Shown in pieces: positions 1-8,935 of a stretch of DNA of 64,000 nt (its first letter is position 1; each line of letters opens with the position of its first letter). The translations under genes and the position numbers were made by a program. Below the pieces are notes generated by a model. The model was not told the DNA's origin and searched no databases. It saw only the letters and a list, made by a program, of their open reading frames with translations. This DNA comes from an uncultured Actinomycetes bacterium (GTDB taxonomy: Bacteria; Actinomycetota; Thermoleophilia; RBG-16-64-13): positions 96,001 to 160,000 of the forward strand of contig CAVPLM010000008.1 in assembly GCA_963706025.1 (NCBI GenBank). Direction: 5' to 3'.

Positions 1-37
1 CGGCTCCAAAGCAAGGCTGCTAACTGGGCTCACCAAG

Positions 38-781
38 CTACAGCCTGATGTTTACTTTGCGGATGCGCTCGCCGAAAAGCCTCATCCCGCCTCCTTCGCT
101 TACCACCTGAAGGATCCCGGGTCCATCGGTCACCGTGATGCCGGAAAGCAAGGTGACTCCGAGGGGTGCGAAGACTGCCGGTACCAGGGGCGTGGAGGCA
201 CCGACCAGGGCAATCTCGCGACATCCGGCCGCCGCCTCCAGCAGAGGGTCAAGATCACCCAGGATGAGCGCGGTCGAAGTGATGATGGCCACCTCGCAGC
301 GGGGCAGCTCCGCAAGAGCCTCCGCCGCTGGGAGCACCCGCTCCGAGCGAGCGGCATTGCGCTCGAAGATGACCAGTTCGCGGACGCGCTTCTCTAGTGG
401 GGCCACCAAGGGGCCAAAATACCCCACCATGCCCACCCGGTCCAGGAAGCCGACTGAGATGACGTGGAGGACGTCCCCCTCATGCTGGCCGGCGCTGCGC
501 CGGTTGGCGAGAGCATTGGCGACGGCCAGCCCCACACTGCACTCTAACGCCTCATCTGATCCCAGATACCCAAGGATCTCGGTGGTTGTTCTACCGACGG
601 GGAACCGCCCGCCCGTGAAGACCGAGGAGTCCGCGGCCGCCTTCTCGCGGAACGTGTAGGCCACACCCACGTTCCCATCCTCCAGCATGGCCGCTGTGTA
701 GCCGGGGCCGATGCGCACATCGGCGACCCGCTGTTCAGTGGCGGTCGAAACCAGGTAGTTGCGCAACTCCTCAGCGATCAT
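38..781 (-). CDS. DUF364 family (putative heavy-metal chelation, Rossmann-like) protein
   Basis: SVGLAVANAL, VGMVGYFGPLV, IITSTALI, LVGASTPL and SEGGG motifs; ATG at 781 preceded by GGAGG. Confidence 0.85.
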   Translation of the reverse strand: MIAEELRNYLVSTATEQRVADVRIGPGYTAAMLEDGNVGVAYTFREKAAADSSVFTGGRFPVGRTTTEILGYLGSDEALECSVGLAVANALANRRSAGQHEGDVLHVISVGFLDRVGMVGYFGPLVAPLEKRVRELVIFERNAARSERVLPAAEALAELPRCEVAIITSTALILGDLDPLLEAAAGCREIALVGASTPLVPAVFAPLGVTLLSGITVTDGPGILQVVSEGGGMRLFGERIRKVNIRL

Positions 782-966
782 GGGCCCTCCATCATTACTC
801 GCCTGAGCTAACTGCAAGAAGCATTTAGATAATACTACCACCTGCAGTAAGACAACCTTGCGTACGGGGCCATTGCTCCCCTTCTCTTCGCGACAAGCCG
901 GTGGTGAGGCGAGGACAGGACTGGCGGCGCTTGAGTTGGCGCCAAGTAAATAGCTTGCCGCGGCGC

Positions 967-1015
967 TTGACAGCATGGGCCGCTAATGGTTACATATAGA
1001 TGTAGTTAACATCTA
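967..1015 (+). promoter_or_regulatory. Candidate promoter/operator of the ORP operon
   Basis: TTGACA at 967-972, AT-rich tract, inverted repeat TAGATGT-N5-ACATCTA at 997-1015; -10 box not clean. Confidence 0.45.
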
Positions 1016-1030
1016 GATGCAGAGAGTGCC

Positions 1031-1642
1031 ATGATGTACGTTGATGACAACCTGTGTACCGGCTGCAGCCTTTGCGTGGACGTCTGCGTTCAGGGGGCCA
1101 TATCTCTCCAGAAAACCAAGGCATCGATCGATGAGGCTCTTTGTACCTCGTGTAGCCGATGTGTGGATGTATGTCTCACGGGCGCCATCATCTCTGTGGA
1201 GATCGTTTCTGAGCACTCCCCTACCCCCGTCCTCGCTCCGTACGCACGGACCCAACAGGCCTGGGCGGGGGCCCCTTCTTTCTACCCGACAGGGATAGAT
1301 GCCAACACGCCGCCCCCCGCGTCTGCCGTACCGCAGCCCGCGCCTACATCCAAGCTGGAAGTCGTCGAGAGACTGCTCTCCGGGTTTCTGAGCGTGGCCG
1401 CCTTCGTCCTTGAGCGCAGGCAAGGCCGGTCGGCCCGGCCGACTTCGCTCAAGGCCCTCGTCAGAGGCGGCACCCCGGCCACAGGCGCCGGGAGCACCAA
1501 CTGTTCCGGCCCCCGGCAGGTTCGCGGGGGCCGACGACAGGGCCTGGGCGCCGGCCAAGGCCCGAGAGATGGACGCGGCCCGGGGGCCGGTCGAGGTCGC
1601 AACGATCGATGCCAGGCCAACAGACGAAACCGTTCGACCTAA
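1031..1642 (+). CDS. 2x[4Fe-4S] ferredoxin-domain protein with Gly/Arg-rich tail
   Basis: CTGCSLCVDVC and CTSCSRCVDVC motifs; low-complexity G/R C-terminus. Confidence 0.8.
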   Translation: MMYVDDNLCTGCSLCVDVCVQGAISLQKTKASIDEALCTSCSRCVDVCLTGAIISVEIVSEHSPTPVLAPYARTQQAWAGAPSFYPTGIDANTPPPASAVPQPAPTSKLEVVERLLSGFLSVAAFVLERRQGRSARPTSLKALVRGGTPATGAGSTNCSGPRQVRGGRRQGLGAGQGPRDGRGPGAGRGRNDRCQANRRNRST

Positions 1643-1658
1643 CGGAGAGGAACACCAT

Positions 1659-2018
1659 ATGAAACTTGCGATCACCGCCGCGGGGCCAGATCTGTCTAGT
1701 CCGATCGATCAGCGCTTCGGCAGAGCCCGGTATCTGCTCATCGTAGACACCCCGGAGCGTACGGTGCAGGCCATCGACAATCTTGCCGGCATGAACGCGG
1801 CCCAGGGCGCGGGCATCCAGGCGGCGCAGAGCGTCATCGACAACCAGGCCACCGTGCTCATCACCGGGCACTGTGGGCCGAAGGCCTTTCGAGCCCTGGA
1901 GGCCGGAGGCATCCACGTGTATCTCGCGCCCCGGGGAACGGTCGATGAGGCGATCGGCAAGTTCCAAACGGGTGAGCTTTCGCTGGCCCCCACCGCAGAC
2001 GTAGACGGCCATTGGTAG
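1659..2018 (+). CDS. NifB/NifX family (Orange protein-like) cluster-binding protein
   Basis: MKLAIT..DQRFGRA, QGAGIQAAQ, GHCGPKAF, C-terminal ADVDGHW; RBS GGAGAGG. Confidence 0.9.
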   Translation: MKLAITAAGPDLSSPIDQRFGRARYLLIVDTPERTVQAIDNLAGMNAAQGAGIQAAQSVIDNQATVLITGHCGPKAFRALEAGGIHVYLAPRGTVDEAIGKFQTGELSLAPTADVDGHW

Positions 2019-2065
2019 ATCGATCAAGCATCAGCATCGTCATGCGCAAATGAAGGAGGTAAGAA

Positions 2066-2440
2066 ATGCCTAGAGGAGATGAAACGGGACCATTTGGTGA
2101 AGGTCCGATGACGGGAAGAGCCGCCGGATACTGTGCCGGATATGCAGTCCCGGGCTTCACAGGCGGCCGAGTCTTTGGTCGCGGCGGTCCTGGCCCCGGC
2201 CTGGGCTACGGGCGCGGAGGCGGCCGTGGGGCTGGAGGCGGCCGTGGGGCTGGTGGCGGCTTCGGCTATCGTAACCGCTACTACGCGACCGGCATCCCGT
2301 TCAACGCCTACGCGGCTCCCGGTCCAGGTCCCGTTCTCGACCGTGACGAGGAGATGGCTCTGCTCAAGAGCGAATCTCAGCGGTTGAAATCGGTGCTGGA
2401 GACCATCGAGCAGCGCTTGGCCCAGCTCGAGACCGAGTGA
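2066..2440 (+). CDS. DUF5320 family protein
   Basis: MPRGDETGP.GEGPMTGRAAGYC, GRG-rich middle, coiled-coil end. Confidence 0.9.
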   Translation: MPRGDETGPFGEGPMTGRAAGYCAGYAVPGFTGGRVFGRGGPGPGLGYGRGGGRGAGGGRGAGGGFGYRNRYYATGIPFNAYAAPGPGPVLDRDEEMALLKSESQRLKSVLETIEQRLAQLETE

Positions 2441-3357
2441 AGATCGTTATTGCCAGCGGCAAAGGCGGCACCGGCAAGACCACTCTCGCAGTCAACCTGG
2501 CCGTGGCGCTTGCCGGTGAGGGATCCGTTGGGCTCCTCGACTGTGACGTCGAGGAGCCCAACTGCCACCTCTATCTGAAGCCCCTATTCGACGTTACGGA
2601 ATCGGTGGGGACCCGCGTACCGGCGGTGGACGGGGAGGCCTGTACCGGGTGTGGCCTGTGCGCCCGGGCGTGTGAGTTCCATGCTTTGCTGGCGCTACCA
2701 GGAGTGCCTCTACTCCTCCCCGAGCTGTGCCACGCCTGCGGGGTCTGCTCCTACGTATGCCCGGAGGAGGCGATCTCCGAGACCTACCGGGAGATCGGGC
2801 TGATCGGCGCGGGAGAGGTGAGCGGCCTCTATCTCCGCTGGGGACGCCTGCACATCGGCGAGGCCCGGTCTACCCCCATCATCCGGGCGGTCAAGGATCT
2901 TGTCATGGCCCCCTATCTCGATACGGTCATCATCGATGCTCCTCCGGGGGTCGCCTGTCCCGTGGTCGAGACTCTGAGGGACGCCGACTTCGCCGTGCTG
3001 GTCACGGAGCCCACCCCCTTCGGGCTCCACGATCTCAAGTTGGCCGTACAGACGGCCCGGGAGATGAGCATCCCCTGCGGCGTCGTCGTCAACCGAGCCG
3101 GGATCGGTGACAACCGGGTCAACGATTTCTGCACCAGCGAAGGCGTGCCTATCCTTCTTGAGATCCCCGCCGACAGACATATCGCCGAGGCCTGCTCCCG
3201 GGGAGAGGTGTTCGCCGCCACCGACGCTGCCTTTGCCTCCGAGCTACGCACCTTTGCCGCCGACCTGCAGGCCCGAATCGGGAACCTGCGAGCAGAGGGT
3301 GCCGATGTCTCCGTCTCCGCAACAAAGTCCCCCGCCGAGAAGGTGGCGTCGTCGTGA
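2437..3357 (+). CDS. MinD-like P-loop ATPase with inserted 4Fe-4S ferredoxin
   Basis: SGKGGTGKT, DCDVEEPN, two ferredoxin Cys motifs, DAPPG, VTEPTPFGLHDL. Confidence 0.9.
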   Translation: MKIVIASGKGGTGKTTLAVNLAVALAGEGSVGLLDCDVEEPNCHLYLKPLFDVTESVGTRVPAVDGEACTGCGLCARACEFHALLALPGVPLLLPELCHACGVCSYVCPEEAISETYREIGLIGAGEVSGLYLRWGRLHIGEARSTPIIRAVKDLVMAPYLDTVIIDAPPGVACPVVETLRDADFAVLVTEPTPFGLHDLKLAVQTAREMSIPCGVVVNRAGIGDNRVNDFCTSEGVPILLEIPADRHIAEACSRGEVFAATDAAFASELRTFAADLQARIGNLRAEGADVSVSATKSPAEKVASS

Positions 3358-4277
3358 CCTCCTTCGACTCGACACAGGGGCCAAAGCAGTTGGTGGTCCT
3401 GAGCGGAAAAGGGGGCACCGGCAAGACCAGTCTGGTCGCGGCTCTGGCCACCTTCGTCCCCGACAAGGTCCTCGCCGACTGCGATGTCGACGCCGCCGAC
3501 CTGCATCTGGTGCTGGATCCTAAGCGCAAGCACAGGGAGCCCTTCGTCTCCGGCAAAGAGGCCCGCATCGCGCCGGAGCGCTGCAGCGCGTGCGGCCTGT
3601 GCATGGAGCACTGCCGATTTGACGCCGTCCACATGGCCCGATACAACGGCGGTCGGTCGGTCTATGCGGTCGATCATCTCGCTTGCGAGGGATGCGGGCT
3701 CTGCGCCCGGGTCTGCACGTCCGGGGCGGTGGATATGTTGGACGCCGAGCGCGGGGAATGGTTCGTCTCGGATACGCGCCACGGTCCCCTGGTGCATGCT
3801 CGACTCAACATCGGAGGGGAGAACTCGGGTAAGCTCGTCACCGTCGTCAGGAACCAGGCTCTGGCACTGGCTCAGGAGACGGGCGCCGGCCTAGTCCTCG
3901 TCGACGGTCCCCCGGGCATCGGTTGCCCTGTCATCGCCTCCGTCACGGGGGCGGACCTGGTACTGGCCGTGACCGAACCGACCGTCTCGGGGGCCCACGA
4001 CCTGGAACGGGCAGCCGACCTGGTGCGGGGTTTCGGCCTGCCCCTGGCGGTATGCATCAACAAGAGCGACCTCAACCCGGACATGGCCGAACGCATCAGT
4101 GACCTCTGCGCCGCCCGTGGATTCCCCGTGGTGGGTGAGCTGGACTACGATATCGCCGTGGTGCGGGCGCAGGTGGAGGGGAAGAGCATCGTGGAATACG
4201 GCCCCAGCGTGGTCGCCGATCAGATACGAAAGATGTGGGGAGTCCTGGAAAGCATGTTGAAGAAAGCGGAGGCATAG
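3354..4277 (+). CDS. MinD-like P-loop ATPase with inserted 4Fe-4S ferredoxin (paralog 2)
   Basis: SGKGGTGKT, DCDVDAADL, ferredoxin motifs, ENSGKLV, DGPPGIGCP. Confidence 0.9.
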   Translation: MTSFDSTQGPKQLVVLSGKGGTGKTSLVAALATFVPDKVLADCDVDAADLHLVLDPKRKHREPFVSGKEARIAPERCSACGLCMEHCRFDAVHMARYNGGRSVYAVDHLACEGCGLCARVCTSGAVDMLDAERGEWFVSDTRHGPLVHARLNIGGENSGKLVTVVRNQALALAQETGAGLVLVDGPPGIGCPVIASVTGADLVLAVTEPTVSGAHDLERAADLVRGFGLPLAVCINKSDLNPDMAERISDLCAARGFPVVGELDYDIAVVRAQVEGKSIVEYGPSVVADQIRKMWGVLESMLKKAEA

Positions 4278-4279
4278 AG

Positions 4280-5521
4280 ATGGATTGCACGCAGCCGGGC
4301 AACGACCGCGCGCTGGCGGTCAACGAGAGAATGGCTCACGTCAAGCACAAGATCATCGTCCTGTCCGGCAAAGGCGGGGTGGGCAAGAGCACGGTCGCGG
4401 TCAGTCTCGCCACTTCTCTCGCGCTCGAAGGCAAGCGTGTAGGGCTTCTGGACGTGGATCTGCACGGACCGACCGTCCCCCAGCTCATGGGTTTGAATGG
4501 TCACTCGGTGGTCACCGAGGGACAGGTCCTCGTCCCCGTCGAGGTGGGCGAGAGTCTCAAAGTCATGTCGATCGGCTTCTTGCTGGGCGAGCAGGACGGA
4601 GCCGTCGTGTGGCGCGGCCCCATGAAGGCGATCGCCATCGAGCAGTTCCTGGGAGAGGTCGAATGGGGTGAGCTCGACTATCTGATCATCGACTCGCCAC
4701 CGGGTACGGGTGACGAGCCGCTGGCGGTCTGCCAGGCCATCGGCAAGATGGACGGAGCCATCATCGTGACCACTCCACAGGAGACCGCGCTCAGCAACGT
4801 GCGCCGTTCGATCAAGTTCTGCGCGCTGCTCGACCTGAAGGTCCTGGGGGTCATCGAGAACATGGCCGGCTTCGTCTGTCCGCATTGCGGGGAGGTCACC
4901 AACGTCTTCAGCAAGGGCGGCGGAGCCACGATGGCGGCCAAGGCCGGCGTCCCTCTGCTGGCCACGGTACCTCTCGATCCCACTATCGTCGAGGCGGGCG
5001 ACGCCGGCCGGTCCTTTGTCTATCACTACTCGAAGAGCCCTGCCGCCCAGGAGTTCGCCAAGGCCGTGGGCCCCATACTTGCCCTTGACGAGGACACATC
5101 TGTTGAGGCCACGCCGGCGGGAAGCCGCGGCCCAGAGGCTGACCGCGTTGATGCGGTCCCGGTCGCAGAGGTCGACTCCGTTCTCCGTTTCGCCGTTCCC
5201 ACCAGTGACGGACTCCTCTGTCCCCACTTCGGCCACTGCCAGGAATTCACCCTCATCGACGTCGATGCGCCGTCGAAAAAGGTGCTCGGCCTGACCAGGG
5301 TCCCCGCTCCCGAGCACGAACCCGGGCTGCTTCCCGCCTGGCTGGCCGACAAAGGAGCCGGCTTCATCATCGCCGGAGGGATGGGTTCGCGGGCCCAGCA
5401 GTTGTTCGCCGAGCAGGGGGTGACCGTCGTCACCGGTGCGCCCATGGCCGAGCCGGAGACCATCGTCCAGCAGTTTTTGGACGGCGCTCTGGTGATCGGG
5501 GATAACGTGTGCGATCACTGA
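4280..5521 (+). CDS. Mrp/NBP35 (ApbC) Fe-S carrier ATPase fused to C-terminal NifB/NifX domain (MrpORP-like)
   Basis: GKGGVGKS, DSPPGTGD, ENMAGFVCPHC; C-terminal HFGHC..HEPG..GGMG..NVCDH. Confidence 0.92.
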   Translation: MDCTQPGNDRALAVNERMAHVKHKIIVLSGKGGVGKSTVAVSLATSLALEGKRVGLLDVDLHGPTVPQLMGLNGHSVVTEGQVLVPVEVGESLKVMSIGFLLGEQDGAVVWRGPMKAIAIEQFLGEVEWGELDYLIIDSPPGTGDEPLAVCQAIGKMDGAIIVTTPQETALSNVRRSIKFCALLDLKVLGVIENMAGFVCPHCGEVTNVFSKGGGATMAAKAGVPLLATVPLDPTIVEAGDAGRSFVYHYSKSPAAQEFAKAVGPILALDEDTSVEATPAGSRGPEADRVDAVPVAEVDSVLRFAVPTSDGLLCPHFGHCQEFTLIDVDAPSKKVLGLTRVPAPEHEPGLLPAWLADKGAGFIIAGGMGSRAQQLFAEQGVTVVTGAPMAEPETIVQQFLDGALVIGDNVCDH

Positions 5522-5539
5522 TCGGGGACGGAGCGAGCC

Positions 5540-5971
5540 GTGGATGGAGAAGAGCCCGGACGCGCAAGGTTATACCTGGATCCCGTCCTCGAGCACTTCT
5601 TGCGTCCCCGTAACGTGGGTGAGATCGCCGATGCCGATGGCGTAGGAGTCGTGGGTGATCCCGAGTGCGGTGACTACTTCAAGGTCTGGATCCGGGTGGA
5701 GGGCGATGTGCTTGCCGAGGTCAAATACAAGGTCTTGGGCTGCCCCGCGGCCATAGCCACCTGCAGTATGATGAGTGAGTTGGCCACGGGAAGGAGCGTC
5801 GATGAGGCTTATGAGCTGGACGACCTTGATATCATGCATGCTCTGGGAGGGCTGCCAGAGTCCAAGCAACACTGCTCCAACCACGCGGCGTCAGCCTTGC
5901 ATGAGGCTATCGATGACTTCGTATTCCGGAAACCAGCAAGACAACGGGCGGTGACCGAGGATGGGCCCTGA
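5540..5971 (+). CDS. IscU/NifU-like Fe-S scaffold
   Basis: HFLRPRNVG, ECGD, GCPAAIA, KQHCS. Confidence 0.9.
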   Translation: MDGEEPGRARLYLDPVLEHFLRPRNVGEIADADGVGVVGDPECGDYFKVWIRVEGDVLAEVKYKVLGCPAAIATCSMMSELATGRSVDEAYELDDLDIMHALGGLPESKQHCSNHAASALHEAIDDFVFRKPARQRAVTEDGP

Positions 5972-6467
5972 TCAAGGCGGGACTCGAGGCCGAGGCAGGC
6001 GAGGAGCGGGACCAGGCTCCTGCGGCGGACCGGGCGGCGGACCGGGCGGCGGACCGGGCGGTGGCCCAGGCGGTGGCCCAGGCGGCGGCCGCTATCGGAG
6101 ATCGGTGCTCGAAGTGGCGATACTTTCCTCGCTCGCCCAGTCCACTGCCCACGGATACAACCTGGTGGATCAGATCGAGGCTCTCACTGGGGACTTGATC
6201 TGCATCGACCCGGGAAGTATGTATCGTCTCCTACGCGCCATGGAGGAAGAGGGGCTGCTCAGTTCGTCGTGGCAGACGCCTGAAGCGGGCCCCAGCCGAC
6301 GAGTCTACGCAATCACCGAACGAGGCATCGAGGCACTAGAGCTCGTAGCGAGGTCCCTTTCGCAGAGAGCGGCTTCCATGCAGCAACTCGCTGATCATGC
6401 TGCTCAGGCTGTTGCCAGGTTCCGCGCTGCCGGTCTAGTCGCAGATGCGGGTACTCCGCAGCGGTAG
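5961..6467 (+). CDS. PadR family transcriptional regulator with Gly-rich N-terminus
   Basis: HGYNL, PGSMYRLLRAMEEEGLL, GPSRRVYAITERG. Confidence 0.88.
   Translation: MGPDQGGTRGRGRRGAGPGSCGGPGGGPGGGPGGGPGGGPGGGRYRRSVLEVAILSSLAQSTAHGYNLVDQIEALTGDLICIDPGSMYRLLRAMEEEGLLSSSWQTPEAGPSRRVYAITERGIEALELVARSLSQRAASMQQLADHAAQAVARFRAAGLVADAGTPQR
6024..6089 (+). repeat. 12-bp in-frame tandem repeat (GGPG) x5 in PadR
   Basis: ggcggaccgggc x3 then ggtggcccaggc x2. Confidence 0.9.
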
Positions 6468-6537
6468 AGCAGGACTCCTCCGTCCGGCACGAGCGTCAGC
6501 GAGCCGGCCGACGCCGAACGCCGGCTCCTCGCACCCG

Positions 6538-6690
6538 CTGGGGATCTTTCTCCCTTTTCTTCGCCTCGGGTTAACCGCTTTTGGTGGCCCGGCCGTGATC
6601 GCCTACATCAAGAATCTGGCCGTCCAGAAGCAGCACTGGCTGAGCGGCGGTTCGTTCAGCGACGGCGTGGCCCTGTGCCAGACCATTCCC
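6538..6690 (+). pseudogene. Chromate transporter (ChrA) N-terminal remnant
   Basis: FLRLGLTAFGGP..HWLS..FSDGVALCQTIP, then similarity is lost. Confidence 0.75.
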
Positions 6691-6853
6691 AGAGCCCAGG
6701 TATCTCGCCACGAATCGGCCCCTGGGTGTTCCAAGGTATATGGTGAGGCTACCAGATCCTCAGGGCACGCCTCGGCGCTGCCGATACCGGCTATGAGTTG
6801 CACGGTGGTTCCGTCCAGCCCATGATTCTGCAGCAGCACGTTATGGGGTACCG

Positions 6854-7744
6854 ATGAAAAGCCACTGCGCGGGAACCACACGCCGAAAGAGCATTGCTCG
6901 AGCATCGCTCTCTGGAGTAGCGGTGCTCATGACGATAGCGCTCACTTCCGCCCTCACCTCGGGATGCGGGGAGAGCGCTTCACCACCGCGGAGCCTCTCC
7001 GCGGCTCCCATGCGGTCCGTCGCGACCACGTCCGTCGCGACGACGTCCGTCGCTCAAACGGGGGGCTCATTCTCCCTACATGAGAGGGTCATGACTGAAC
7101 AAGGCCGTGGGACAGGCGCCGCAGCCGCAGACCGCCTGACGACGACCACTTCGGCAGGCCCGCCTCAGTCCACCACGACCACGTCCAGCGTTCTCTCGGC
7201 CGAACCGGACCCTACCACCACAGTCATCCTCAGCGGGGGGCAGACACCGCTTGAAGGGGTATGGGGCGGGACAGCGGAGCGGCTGGCCTCGTTCCTTGCC
7301 GGGGCATGTCCTTCGCCTCGCTTCACGGTCCCCGCTTCGGTTCTGGCCGAATACTACGTACGCTACGGTGCGGAAGCGGGACTGCGCGCCGATCTGCTCT
7401 GGGCGCAGATGATCAAAGAGACCGGCTATGGCATGTACGGGGGAGATGTGGTGCCGGAGCAGAACAACTACGCGGGCATCGGAGCCACCGGTGGTCACGA
7501 ACCAGGCGCGTCGTTCCCGACGGCCGAGGCAGGGGTCATGGCCCACGTGGCCCACATGGTGGCCTATGTCTACACCTCGAGCCCGGCGTCGTGGGCCGAT
7601 GCGACCACCGATCCGCGGTTCGACTTCGTCAACCCTCGCGGCGCGGCGTCCGTCCTTGCCGACCTCAACGGACGCTGGGCCGTTCCCGGTACCACGTACG
7701 GCGAGAGCATCGAGGCGATCGCCCGGGCTATCAATGCGTATTAA
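6854..7744 (+). CDS. Secreted/lipoprotein glucosaminidase-domain cell-wall hydrolase
   Basis: Hydrophobic signal ending TSGC, Thr-rich linker, AQMIKETG..QNNYAGIGATG..LNGRWA. Confidence 0.8.
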   Translation: MKSHCAGTTRRKSIARASLSGVAVLMTIALTSALTSGCGESASPPRSLSAAPMRSVATTSVATTSVAQTGGSFSLHERVMTEQGRGTGAAAADRLTTTTSAGPPQSTTTTSSVLSAEPDPTTTVILSGGQTPLEGVWGGTAERLASFLAGACPSPRFTVPASVLAEYYVRYGAEAGLRADLLWAQMIKETGYGMYGGDVVPEQNNYAGIGATGGHEPGASFPTAEAGVMAHVAHMVAYVYTSSPASWADATTDPRFDFVNPRGAASVLADLNGRWAVPGTTYGESIEAIARAINAY

Positions 7745-7863
7745 GGGCTCGTTTCAGAATGACGCTTTGCCGACAGGGTGCGATCGGCGCGAGTGAGGCA
7801 AGGACGATGGATCGCTCCGCCCAGCGCGGATAGGCGGCCAAGACTTCATTCCGAAACGAGTCC
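7745..7863. mobile_element. MITE-like element, 119 bp
   Basis: Imperfect 18-bp terminal inverted repeats GGGCTCGTTTCAGAATGA (7745-7762) / TCATTCCGAAACGAGTCC (7846-7863), flanked by TAA on both sides. Confidence 0.7.
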
Positions 7864-7980
7864 TAAGACCGCTGGGGCCTGTCAGTGCGGACCCTGATGG
7901 CAGAAGAACCGCGTGGTTTCCGAGTGGTGTCAGCGTAAACGGGAGTCAACACCGGAGTCACGCCTCGGACGCCGATTGAA

Positions 7981-8169
7981 CTATCCGCGGTGTGGCACTT
8001 TCCGTGTCGGCGGCGTCGTGCAAGTGTCCCCAGTCGGACTCGCCGGCTGCCTCTCAAGGTCCGTGAACGCACGGGTGAGCCGCGGGGCTTCAAAGGCCCT
8101 GTTTCGCCCGCCAGCAGTCACCTGACGGAGCACTCCGGCTTCCTCCAGTCGAGCAGTCACCTCATTCAC
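7981..8169 (-). pseudogene. C-terminal remnant of a Fic-family protein
   Basis: RLEEAGVLRQVTAGGRNRAFEA..LERQPASP resembles the wHTH tail of actinobacterial Fic proteins. Confidence 0.55.
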
Positions 8170-8221
8170 CGCTTGCCAACTCCGGAATCATTAGGGACTG
8201 GACTTCAGGCGAAACGCGTGG

Positions 8222-8389
8222 GAGGGCTCGATCGTAGAGAAACGACTCAAGAAGCTTAAAGGGGTCGCGAGTCTCACTCTCAGCATGGTGACGAATCGTC
8301 TGAGCGTCGTCTACGATCCCGAGGTGGTATCCGTTGAGGACATCGAGAAAGAAGTGACCAAGGCGGGGGCGAAGACGGTGCGCACCTGA
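8222..8389 (+). pseudogene. 5'-truncated heavy-metal-associated (HMA/CopZ-like) domain
   Basis: Manual translation EGSIVEKRLKKLKGVASLTLSMVTNRLSVVYDPEVVSVEDIEKEVTKAG; no start codon or Cys motif. Confidence 0.65.
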
Positions 8390-8432
8390 TCGGGCTCGGC
8401 TTGGAGAACCCTGGTGAAGGCTTAACGAGCTG

Positions 8433-8822
8433 ATGAACGAACAACCGGTGAAATCGACCATGCGTGTGACGAAGGCTCTGGCCGATCCTCAGCGTGTCCG
8501 AATCTTGCTGCTTCTACGCCGCGGTGAGCTGTGCGTATGCCAGATCGTCGAGGTACTCGAACTCGCTCCTTCCACCATCTCCAAGCACCTCTCTCTTCTG
8601 GCCGCTGCCGCCCTCGTTGAGGTGCACAAGCAGGGACGCTGGGCGTACTACCGACTGCCCGACGGGGACGCCGGCCAATTTCTCAGTCCACTGCTTGAGT
8701 GGTTGACACTAGCTCTGCGGGGCGACGAGACGATCGAGCAAGACGCACGCACCTTGGATGAGGTCCTGGCCCTCTATCCTGAAGAGGTTGCGCGTAATCA
8801 GAGGGCGCGTGCCCATGAGTGA
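8433..8822 (+). CDS. arsR: ArsR/SmtB family repressor
   Basis: KALADPQRVRIL..ELCVCQI..STISKHL..GRWAYY. Confidence 0.9.
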   Translation: MNEQPVKSTMRVTKALADPQRVRILLLLRRGELCVCQIVEVLELAPSTISKHLSLLAAAALVEVHKQGRWAYYRLPDGDAGQFLSPLLEWLTLALRGDETIEQDARTLDEVLALYPEEVARNQRARAHE

Positions 8823-8935
8823 AGCTCAGGCGGAGTCTCTCTCTTCGACCAACTGCGCGATGGTCGTTCCCTGGAACAACTCTTCGAGTAGATCGGTTGC
8901 TTTCATCCAGAAGGGGCGGACACCCGGGGTAAGAC

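Noticed and set aside
6743-6795. GAGGC..GGGCAC-GCCTC..ACCGGC resembling a c-di-GMP-II riboswitch before the glucosaminidase gene
   Set aside because: Only fragments of the consensus match; needs an Infernal scan.
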